From NCBI GenBank assembly GCA_024641735.1, contig JAHECN010000002.1, forward strand, positions 1 to 58,537: DNA of 58,537 nt, in the 5' to 3' direction. Made by a program: the position numbers and the translations under genes. Positions within the stretch are counted from its first letter, which is position 1. Every line of letters starts with the position of its first letter. Source of the DNA: Gemmatimonadota bacterium. GTDB taxonomy: Bacteria; Gemmatimonadota; Gemmatimonadetes; Gemmatimonadales; GWC2-71-9. The notes below the pieces were generated by a model. That model had not been told where the DNA came from and ran no database searches. It saw only the letters and a program-made list of their open reading frames with translations. This document shows positions 22,838-33,128 of the stretch, one piece after another.

Positions 22838-25338
22838 CCGGCGAGGGCTCGCAAGTCCGCCAGGACCCCGGTGGCCGTGACGGCCGGTCCGGCACCCGGG
22901 CCTGTGATGATGAGTGGCGAGTCATGGTACCGATCGGAGGTGATGACCATCTGATTGGCCGCTCCCTGCAATTGTCCGAGCGAGGAGGCACGCGGGACCG
23001 CGCGCAACCCGACTTCAATCGTACGCGGCGTGACCGTGGCGACATAGCGCAGCACGCAGTCATCGCGGCGCGCGGTCGCGACGCGCGCGGCCCACCAGTC
23101 GTCGTCGCGATCGAGTCCGGCAAGCCACTTCTCGACGCTCAGTGATGTCCCACGCCGCACCAGCGATTCAGGCGCGAGGGTGTCGAATTCTCGCGTCTGT
23201 CCAAGGAGCCGCGCCAGAATCAGTGCCTTCCGCGCGACGTCCATCCCACTCAAGTCGTCACGAGGGTCCGGTTCGGTGTAGCCGCGGGCCAGCGCGTCGC
23301 GCACTGCTGCGGAGAACGGCGTGCCCCCTTCGAGTGCACTCATCACGACACCCAGTGTGCCGGAAAGGCACCCTTCAATGCGCCGGACCGTGTCATCGGT
23401 GCCGGTCAATTGCTCGATCGCGGCGATCGTCGGCAAGCCAGCTCCGACGGTCGCCTCGAATCGCAGGGCACCGCCGCGCGCCGCGATCGCGTCCTTGAGC
23501 GCGGCGACGTCACGCATCGGCGCGGCGAGGGGCTTCTTGTTGGCCAGTACCACATCGAACCCGGCGTCGGCGGCGACGCGGAGCAGGGCCGTCGTGTCAT
23601 CCGCGGTGACGTCGGCGATAATGGGCCGAACGAGCGCACGCTGCGTCAGGTCGTTCAGAATTTCGCGTGGCGTTCCGGTGCGCGCCCCAGGAAGCTCATG
23701 GATCGGCGTGCCGGCACGCTTCGCCGCGGCGATGGCGATCAGCTCATCACGGGTCAGTCCTTCCGGCGCGATGCGGGCCCCGCGGCGATCGACCACGGCG
23801 ACTATGCGCAATCGTGCGAAACGATCGGCGTGCTGGGCGAGCAGGTCCAGGACGGCACAGCCGATCGTTCCGGCGCCAAGGAGGACGACGTCGCGGCCGG
23901 CACTTCGGCGTGGGCGACCTCCCCCCTGTTTGCCAAGCTGGAAGGTGTCGTGGATGGCACGCAACGCCCTCGAGATGGATCGTTCGTCGATGGCGATCGA
24001 GATGTTGCGCTCGCTCGAGCCCTGAGCGATCGCGATGACGTTGACGGCACTGTCCGCAAGCGCGTCGAAGACACGTGCCGCGATGCCGGGGTGACCCGCC
24101 ATCTGATCACCGACCACCGCGATGATGGCGATGCGGCCTCGGACTTCCACGCCGTTGATCTCGCCATGCCGAATCTCATGCTTGAAGGCGCGGCGCAGTG
24201 CCTGCACGGCGTCGGACGACGTCGAGGCTGGCACCGTGATGTCGATGGTGTATTCGGATGAGGCCTGCGCGATCATCGAGATCGAGATATTGGCATCTTG
24301 CAGCGCCTCGAACATCCGTGCCGCGATCCCCGGGACGCCGAGCATGCCGGAGCCGGAGATGGTGAGGAGCGCCTGATCCTGCACCGCTGACAGGGCGCGG
24401 ACCGGGGAGCGGTCGGCGTCACGCCGTGGAGAGATCTCGGTGCCGGCGGCCTCCGGGTCCGCGAACGGGCGCACGAAGAGTGGAATCCGCCGACCGATCA
24501 GCGGGAGCAGCGCGCGCGGGTGCAACACCTTGGCACCGTAGTAGGCGAGTTCCGCAGCTTCCTCGAGATGCACGTGCGGCAACAGTCTCGCGTCGGGCAC
24601 GACGCGCGGATCCGCGGTCAGCAGACCAGGGACATCCTTCCAGAGTGTGATAGCCTGTGCCTCAAGCACGCGGCCAAGCAAGGTCGCCGTGAGATCCGAA
24701 CCGCCGCGACCGAGTGTGGTGGTCCCATCATCGAATGCGCGGCCGAGGAATCCAGGTACGACCGGCGTGACGCCTCGGGCGAGCAGCGGCGTGAGCGCGC
24801 GTCGCGCGGCGCGGCGCGTCCCATCCATGTTGGGCACGGCGCTGCCATACGGGCCGTCGGTGAGAATCACATCGTTCGGGTCAATGCAGCGCGCGTCGTG
24901 GTCCGCGGCGATCAACGCGGCCGTCATCATGAGTGCCGAAAGTCGTTCGCCTCGCGCCAGGATGTGATCACGGACGCGCGGTGAGGCTTCGCGCAGCACG
25001 GCGAGCGAACGCGCCAACGCCACGAGCTCATCAGAGGCTGTCGCGATGGCTTCCGCCGTTGGCCCGCGATCCTTTCGGGGCAGTAGCGCGTCGAGCACGC
25101 TCGCGTGTCGTGCGCGGAAGGTCTCCGCAAGGGCGGTTGCCGCTTCGGCGTCGCCCCGTGTGGCACTTTCGACAATTCCGAGCAAAAGGTCGGTAATTCC
25201 GGCCAGCGCAGACACGACAACGACCCGCGGCGCGGGTTGGCTTGCGATAATCGTGACCGCACGGCGGATCGCCGCTGCATCGGCGACCGAAGCGCCGCCG
25301 AATTTGTGGATGCTGGGGCGGGGGTGGCGAGTGGGCAT
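22834..25338 (-). CDS. thrA: Bifunctional aspartokinase / homoserine dehydrogenase
   Basis: 834 aa. Kinase motif KFGGASV, ACT repeats, then a homoserine dehydrogenase domain (VVLLGAGTIG..., ...LSGTLG...). Confidence 0.9.
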   Translation of the reverse strand: MPTRHPRPSIHKFGGASVADAAAIRRAVTIIASQPAPRVVVVSALAGITDLLLGIVESATRGDAEAATALAETFRARHASVLDALLPRKDRGPTAEAIATASDELVALARSLAVLREASPRVRDHILARGERLSALMMTAALIAADHDARCIDPNDVILTDGPYGSAVPNMDGTRRAARRALTPLLARGVTPVVPGFLGRAFDDGTTTLGRGGSDLTATLLGRVLEAQAITLWKDVPGLLTADPRVVPDARLLPHVHLEEAAELAYYGAKVLHPRALLPLIGRRIPLFVRPFADPEAAGTEISPRRDADRSPVRALSAVQDQALLTISGSGMLGVPGIAARMFEALQDANISISMIAQASSEYTIDITVPASTSSDAVQALRRAFKHEIRHGEINGVEVRGRIAIIAVVGDQMAGHPGIAARVFDALADSAVNVIAIAQGSSERNISIAIDERSISRALRAIHDTFQLGKQGGGRPRRSAGRDVVLLGAGTIGCAVLDLLAQHADRFARLRIVAVVDRRGARIAPEGLTRDELIAIAAAKRAGTPIHELPGARTGTPREILNDLTQRALVRPIIADVTADDTTALLRVAADAGFDVVLANKKPLAAPMRDVAALKDAIAARGGALRFEATVGAGLPTIAAIEQLTGTDDTVRRIEGCLSGTLGVVMSALEGGTPFSAAVRDALARGYTEPDPRDDLSGMDVARKALILARLLGQTREFDTLAPESLVRRGTSLSVEKWLAGLDRDDDWWAARVATARRDDCVLRYVATVTPRTIEVGLRAVPRASSLGQLQGAANQMVITSDRYHDSPLIITGPGAGPAVTATGVLADLRALAG

Positions 25339-25472
25339 GAGCCAATCCTGTCAGCCCCTGCGTTGAAAGTCCACCGAACTGCGGATAGCTTGGCTGAGCG
25401 TGAGATCCTGAATTCGGTGCAGATCGGTCGTTGTGATGCTCACGCCGTCCCCCGCAGAGGATCGTGCCTACG

Positions 25473-26582
25473 ATGCGCATTGGAGTCCTGAAGGAGCTGG
25501 CCCCCCGCGAGTCCCGCGTCGCCCTCACGCCAGACGCCGTGACCAAGTTGGTGAAGGCCGGAGCCACAATTGTGGTCGAGCAGGGCGCGGGTCTCCGCGC
25601 CCATTTCGACGATGCCGACTATCGCGCCGCTGGCGCGGAGATCGGCGATACCACGGCCGCGAAAGCGGTCGACCTGATCTGTGCCGTGCAGTGCCCAGAT
25701 CCCACCTCCCTTGCCACCTGCCCAGATGGCGCGACGCTGGTCGCCCTCACCGGCAGTGGCGGTGAGCCCGCGCTCGCTGCCTGTGCGACCCATCGCATCA
25801 ACCTCTTGGCCCTCGAGCGCGTCCCGCGCATCTCGCGGGCGCAGTCGATGGACATTCTCTCCTCCCAGGCCACCGTGGCCGGGTACAAGGCGGTGCTCGT
25901 CGGCGCGTCCGAGTCGGCGCGCTTTCTTCCGATGCTCACGACAGCCGCGGGTTCGTTGACGCCGGCCAAGACGTTGGTGCTCGGTGCAGGCGTCGCCGGC
26001 CTGATGGCCATTGCGACGGCACGTCGACTCGGCGCCATCGTGACCGGCTTCGACATCCGTGCGGCCGCGGCAGAACAGGTCCTCTCGCTTGGCGCCAAGT
26101 TCCTTGCGCCCGAGGCCGTCGCCGGGGATTCCGAGACGGCTGGCGGGTATGCCAAGGAACTTGCCGAGGAGCAGCAGAAGAAGGTGCTCGAGGCCGTCGG
26201 TGGTGCCGTCGCGCAGTCCGACCTCGTGATCTCCACCGCCGCGATTCCCGGCCGTCCCGCCCCTCGCCTGATCACACGGGAAATGGTCGAGAGCATGAAG
26301 CCGGGGTCGGTGATCGTCGACGTGTCCGCCGAAACCGGTGGAAACTGCGAGCTCACGGTGCCCGGCGAGACCGTTGTCCATCAGGGCGTCACGATCATCG
26401 GCCCGCTGAATTTGGCGAGTACGTTGCCGTTGCACGCGTCACAGATGTTCTCGCGCAATGTGCAGACGCTGATCGAGCACCTTCGGAAAGACGGAGAACT
26501 GGTGCTCGACATGGAGGATGAGATCACCGGGGCCATGTGTCTGGTCTACCAAGGCGCACGGCGCCATCAGGGGGGAGCATGA
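25473..26582 (+). CDS. pntAA: NAD(P) transhydrogenase subunit alpha part 1
   Basis: MRIGVLKELAPRESRVALTP N-terminus, as in PntA. GAGVAGL Rossmann motif. The start is placed at ATG 25473 (AGAGGA upstream) rather than at GTG 25464. Confidence 0.9.
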   Translation: MRIGVLKELAPRESRVALTPDAVTKLVKAGATIVVEQGAGLRAHFDDADYRAAGAEIGDTTAAKAVDLICAVQCPDPTSLATCPDGATLVALTGSGGEPALAACATHRINLLALERVPRISRAQSMDILSSQATVAGYKAVLVGASESARFLPMLTTAAGSLTPAKTLVLGAGVAGLMAIATARRLGAIVTGFDIRAAAAEQVLSLGAKFLAPEAVAGDSETAGGYAKELAEEQQKKVLEAVGGAVAQSDLVISTAAIPGRPAPRLITREMVESMKPGSVIVDVSAETGGNCELTVPGETVVHQGVTIIGPLNLASTLPLHASQMFSRNVQTLIEHLRKDGELVLDMEDEITGAMCLVYQGARRHQGGA

Positions 26583-26872
26583 GCGAAGGCATCATGATCG
26601 GAATCGTGGTCTTCACCTTGGCCACTTTCCTCGGTATCGAACTCATTCAACGCGTACCACCCACGCTCCACACGCCCTTGATGTCTGGATCGAACGCGAT
26701 CTCGGGGATCACCGTCGTCGGCGCACTGGTCGTCGCGGGCGGCGGATACGGCTGGATCTCCACGGTCTTCGGGGTCGGTGCTGTGGCACTCGCCATGATG
26801 AACGTCGTCGGCGGCTACGCCGTGACCAATCGCATGCTGCAGATGTTCAAAAAGGATGAGGTGGCCAAGTGA
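26579..26872 (+). CDS. pntAB: NAD(P) transhydrogenase subunit alpha part 2 (membrane)
   Basis: 97-aa, 3-TM protein (TPLMSGSNAISGI motif). ATGA overlap with pntAA and a 4-nt overlap with pntB. Confidence 0.85.
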   Translation: MSEGIMIGIVVFTLATFLGIELIQRVPPTLHTPLMSGSNAISGITVVGALVVAGGGYGWISTVFGVGAVALAMMNVVGGYAVTNRMLQMFKKDEVAK

Positions 26873-28272
26873 TCGCCCTGCCACACAGTGTCGCCGAAAT
26901 CGGCTATCTGGTTGCCTCCGGCTGCTTCATCGTCGGATTGAAGCGCCTCGGTTCTCCGGCGACCGCCGTCTCAGGCAATCAACTCTCTGCCTGGGGGATG
27001 GCAATTGCAATCGTGGTCACCCTCCTGGCCGGCAACATCCTCGAATGGTGGCAGATCGGGCTCGGCCTCGTCCTCGGTGGCGGAATCGGACTCTGGATGG
27101 CGAAGACAGTCCAGATGACCGGGATGCCCCAGATGGTCGCGATCCTGAACGGCTTTGGTGGCGCTTCTTCCCTGCTGGTTGGTGGCGCAGAATTCCTCAA
27201 GGCAGAGCTGGCCAATCAGGTCATCCCGACTGAGACCGGCATCGTCATCCAACTCTCGCTCCTCATTGGCGCAGTGACGCTTACGGGTTCCGTGATCGCC
27301 TGGGCCAAGCTGCAAGAGGTGATGTCGGGACAGGCCATCACGTATCCCCTCCAGAAGGCCATCAACGCGCTGCTCTTCGTCGCCATCACGGGGCTGGCCA
27401 CCTATCAGATCACCACACCGGACGCGCATCTGGCGCCGTTCTACGCCGTGATTGGCCTGTCGTTGGTGCTCGGCGTGCTGTTGGTGATCCCCATCGGTGG
27501 CGCCGACATGCCCGTGGTCATCGCCTTGCTGAATTCCTACTCCGGTGTTGCCGCGGCGATGACGGGATTTGTCATCAACAACCACGTCCTGATCATCGCG
27601 GGCGCATTGGTCGGCTCGTCGGGAATCATCCTGACGCGGATCATGTGCAAGGCAATGAATCGCTCGTTGGCGAATGTGCTCTTCGGCGCCTTCGGAGCGA
27701 ACGCGGGCGCCCTGCCCGGCGGAAAGAGCGCTGCCGGACTGACGGTGCGGACGGTGTCGCCCGAGGACGCCGCGATTCAGCTGGCCTACGCCCAGAGCGT
27801 GATCGTGGTCCCCGGGTATGGTCTGGCGGTCGCTCAGGCACAGCACGTGGTGCGTGAGCTCGCCGAGCTGATCGAGAAGAACGGGGGCGAGGTGAAGTAC
27901 GCCATTCACCCGGTGGCGGGTCGGATGCCCGGGCACATGAACGTGCTGCTCGCCGAATCGAACGTGCCGTACGACCGACTCTACGACATGGACGAGATCA
28001 ACCCGCAGTTCGATACCTGTGACGTGGCGCTAGTCATCGGGGCCAATGACGTGGTCAACCCGGCGGCCCGGAGCGATCCGGCCTCTCCGATCTACGGGAT
28101 GCCGATTCTCGACGTCGACCGGGCGCGCAGCATCATTGTCATGAAGCGCGGGATGAGCGCGGGCTTCGCGGGGATCGAGAACGAGCTCTTCTACCACCCG
28201 AAGACCACGATGCTCTTCGGGGATGCCAAGGCCTCCCTGACCAAGCTCGTCTCGGAGATCAAAGCACTGTAG
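26869..28272 (+). CDS. pntB: NAD(P) transhydrogenase subunit beta
   Basis: 467 aa. The N-terminal half is multi-TM. C-terminal dIII domain motifs: VPGYGLAVAQAQH, HPVAGRMPGHMNVLLAE and IGANDVVNP. Confidence 0.9.
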   Translation: MIALPHSVAEIGYLVASGCFIVGLKRLGSPATAVSGNQLSAWGMAIAIVVTLLAGNILEWWQIGLGLVLGGGIGLWMAKTVQMTGMPQMVAILNGFGGASSLLVGGAEFLKAELANQVIPTETGIVIQLSLLIGAVTLTGSVIAWAKLQEVMSGQAITYPLQKAINALLFVAITGLATYQITTPDAHLAPFYAVIGLSLVLGVLLVIPIGGADMPVVIALLNSYSGVAAAMTGFVINNHVLIIAGALVGSSGIILTRIMCKAMNRSLANVLFGAFGANAGALPGGKSAAGLTVRTVSPEDAAIQLAYAQSVIVVPGYGLAVAQAQHVVRELAELIEKNGGEVKYAIHPVAGRMPGHMNVLLAESNVPYDRLYDMDEINPQFDTCDVALVIGANDVVNPAARSDPASPIYGMPILDVDRARSIIVMKRGMSAGFAGIENELFYHPKTTMLFGDAKASLTKLVSEIKAL

Positions 28273-28430
28273 GACCTTCCGAAGGGGGGGGTGTAACGAT
28301 TTTGGCGCTCCGGGCGTCTCCTAGGCATGGAGATGTCCGGAGCGTCGGGCGTCTGGGGGGGTGTCGTGGTCGCCCCGAAAGTGGTTGGCCCCGTCTGATG
28401 GGGTTTCACGGAGACCGACGTCCGTCAACC

Positions 28431-28573
28431 GCATGTTTCACATGATGTTATGCCACGAATTGCGGAAAATGGCACTGCGCGTTATTTTTCCGTGTTTGCT
28501 GATTGTTTTGTCTGGTCGGGCGGCACTACGATAGTGTGCTGGCGCGCCGGACTGTTTGCAATAGGAGTCTGAT
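28431..28573 (+). promoter_or_regulatory. AT-richer promoter region upstream of the sigma-factor gene
   Basis: Within the 301-nt spacer, T-rich tracts (TTATTTTTCCGTGTTTGCTGATTGTTTTGTC) stand out from the GC-rich background. TTGTTT-N18-TACGAT are possible hexamers. AGGAG RBS lies before the GTG at 28574. Confidence 0.3.
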
Positions 28574-29467
28574 GTGACGATTCGTGCCCGCGGGAAGCGG
28601 CGCTCCCTCCGCCCCGCGCAGATTGCTCGGGCGGTGGATGAAGGACGTGAGAGCCTCGATCTGTACCTCGACGAGATCTCACGGGTGCCACTGCTGAACC
28701 GTGAGGAAGAGATGGCGTTGGCTCGCATGGCGTTTCAGGGCGATGTGCTCGCCCAGGAGCGGCTCGCGCGGCACAACGTGCGGTTCGTGGTGTCCGTTGC
28801 CAAGAAGTTCCAGAATCGTGGCGTGCCGCTGGTCGACCTGATCGGCGAGGGCAACCTCGGCCTGATGACGGCGGCTCGCAAGTTCGATCCGGATCGCGGC
28901 GTGAAGTTCATTTCCTACGCCGTCTGGTGGATCCGTCAGGCCGTTCAGGCTGCCATTGCGCGCCACGGACGTCCGGTGCGTGTTCCCCTGAACCGGACGG
29001 CGGACCTGTCCCGCCTCGGCAAGACGACCACGCTCCTCAAGGAGAAGCTGGGTCGGATGCCGACAACGGAAGAGCTCGCGCGTGCGACTGGCCTGACCGA
29101 GGAAGCGGTGCGTTCGCTCTCCTCGTTGAACACCGAAGCCGTGCGTCTCGACCACCCGACCCGGGATGGTGACGGCAACGAGCGGATGGAGCGCTTTGCC
29201 CTCGCCGAACAGGAAGGCACCGATGCCCACACGATGGCGAGCTCGCAGAGCGCCGACATCGAAACGGCGCTCGACTCCCTCCCGCCGCGCGACGCCAAGG
29301 TGCTGCGACTGTACTTCGGTCTCGACGACGGCCAGCCGCGGACGCTTGAAGAGATCGGCCGCATGATGGGCGTCACCCGCGAGCGCATCCGTCAGCTCCG
29401 CGACCGGGCGTTGATCCGGTTGCGCGAAGGGGAGACGGGGGATCGGTTGCGGGATTTGGTGGCGTAG
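28574..29467 (+). CDS. RNA polymerase sigma factor, sigma-70 family (RpoD/RpoS-like, regions 1.2-4)
   Basis: GTG start. Region 2: DLIGEGNLGLMTAARKFDPDRGVKFISYAVWWIRQA. Region 4: TLEEIGRMMGVTRERIRQLRDRALIRLR. 297 aa. Confidence 0.85.
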   Translation: MTIRARGKRRSLRPAQIARAVDEGRESLDLYLDEISRVPLLNREEEMALARMAFQGDVLAQERLARHNVRFVVSVAKKFQNRGVPLVDLIGEGNLGLMTAARKFDPDRGVKFISYAVWWIRQAVQAAIARHGRPVRVPLNRTADLSRLGKTTTLLKEKLGRMPTTEELARATGLTEEAVRSLSSLNTEAVRLDHPTRDGDGNERMERFALAEQEGTDAHTMASSQSADIETALDSLPPRDAKVLRLYFGLDDGQPRTLEEIGRMMGVTRERIRQLRDRALIRLREGETGDRLRDLVA

Positions 29468-29475
29468 CGCTTCGC

Positions 29476-29579
29476 GAGTCGTGAGTCAGTAGTCGCGAGT
29501 CGATAGAGAAAGGCCCCGGGCCGCGAGATGTGCTTCGCAGTCCGGGGCTTTTTCTTTCTCACGACTCACAACTCGCGAC

Positions 29580-29588
<9 letters not shown>
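29476..29588. repeat. 28-nt inverted arms, each built from four GAGTCGY-like heptamers, flanking a terminator
   Basis: Left arm 29476-29503: GAGTCGT GAGTCAG TAGTCGC GAGTCGA. The reverse complement of the right arm (29561-29588) is GAGTCGT GAGTCGC GAGTTGT GAGTCGT. 22 of 28 positions are complementary. Confidence 0.7.
29509..29553. terminator. Bidirectional intrinsic terminator between the sigma-factor gene and acnA
   Basis: AAAG-GCCCCGG ... CCGGGGC-TTTTT hairpin with an inner GCGA/TCGC stem. It has an A-tract on the 5' side and a T-tract on the 3' side. Confidence 0.7.
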
Positions 29589-32363
<2,775 letters not shown>

Positions 32364-32392
32364 ATTGGTCGGCTTCCCGGGTAGAATTCAGG

Positions 32393-32746
32393 ATGAACTC
32401 CAAAAATAACCATGGTGCCGCTGGTGGGGCGCCTATCGTCCCCCATGCCGTGCGCCGCCGAGGCTCCTATCTGGTCATCGAGTGGGATGGCGCGGAACAC
32501 GTCGGCCTCTTCGAGACGCGGGCCCTCCGGCTGGCCTGCCCCTGCGCCGGATGTGTGGATGAGATGTCCGGACGGCCCATTTTGGATCCGGCCACGGTTC
32601 CGGCTGAGGTCCTGGCGGAGGGCCTAGAATTGGTGGGTAGTTACGGCCTCAAGATCCGCTGGAGTGACGGCCACAGCACCGGGATCTACACGTTCCGCTT
32701 CTTGCTGGATCGCTGCCCCTGTTCGGCCTGCGTGGAGGCCAAATAG
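32393..32746 (+). CDS. DUF971 domain protein
   Basis: LVIEWDGAEH...LRLACPCAGCVDE...GSYGLKIRWSDGHSTGIYTFRFL matches the DUF971 (gamma-butyrobetaine hydroxylase N-terminal-like) pattern. Confidence 0.7.
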   Translation: MNSKNNHGAAGGAPIVPHAVRRRGSYLVIEWDGAEHVGLFETRALRLACPCAGCVDEMSGRPILDPATVPAEVLAEGLELVGSYGLKIRWSDGHSTGIYTFRFLLDRCPCSACVEAK

Positions 32747-32828
32747 GTCGTACCCCTTGGCCTCGTCCTGCGTGACCGCTACCGTTTGACAACTTCCCCA
32801 CGATTTTCGTCCCTCGCCTGGACCTTTC

Positions 32829-33128
32829 ATGATTGGCAAGCGCTACTGGATTTGGATCTGGTATGCCATCCTGACGATTGGTATCGTCGGATTGCTGGCC
32901 GCCATTCATTGGGGCCGCCAGACCAAGTGGCGCAACGCCGACGAAATCCTCCGAGGCGTCGGGACAATCACGGTTTCGATCGGCATGCTGCTCTTGCTCT
33001 ATGGGACAGGCGGTGGGGCAGGGCAGACGCTCCTTCTGGCGTCGCTGATCGCCTTCGTGCTCGCGTTTGCCGTGGGCCGAGGTCAGGAACCCCCGCAATC
33101 CCCGCCGCGCCCAGACTCCGGGTCGTGA
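32829..33128 (+). CDS. Small 3-TM membrane protein (hypothetical)
   Basis: 99 aa with three clear hydrophobic helices and G/C-rich third codon positions. Its TGA stop overlaps the ATG of the next gene (TGATG). Confidence 0.55.
   Translation: MIGKRYWIWIWYAILTIGIVGLLAAIHWGRQTKWRNADEILRGVGTITVSIGMLLLLYGTGGGAGQTLLLASLIAFVLAFAVGRGQEPPQSPPRPDSGS

Noticed and set aside
25351-25443. Minus-strand mini-ORF (V)SITTTDLHRIQDLTLSQAIRSSVDFQRRG upstream of thrA, reminiscent of a Thr/Ile leader peptide.
   Set aside because: It has only one Ile and three Thr codons and a weak GTG start. Its stop is 12 nt from the thrA ATG, which leaves no room for a terminator/antiterminator. It also overlaps the divergent pntAA promoter/RBS region. 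Probably chance.
32786-33127. N-terminal extension of the PIG-L protein to 918 aa.
   Set aside because: It overlaps a better-supported small 3-TM gene in another frame. The signal peptide starts at ATG 33128.
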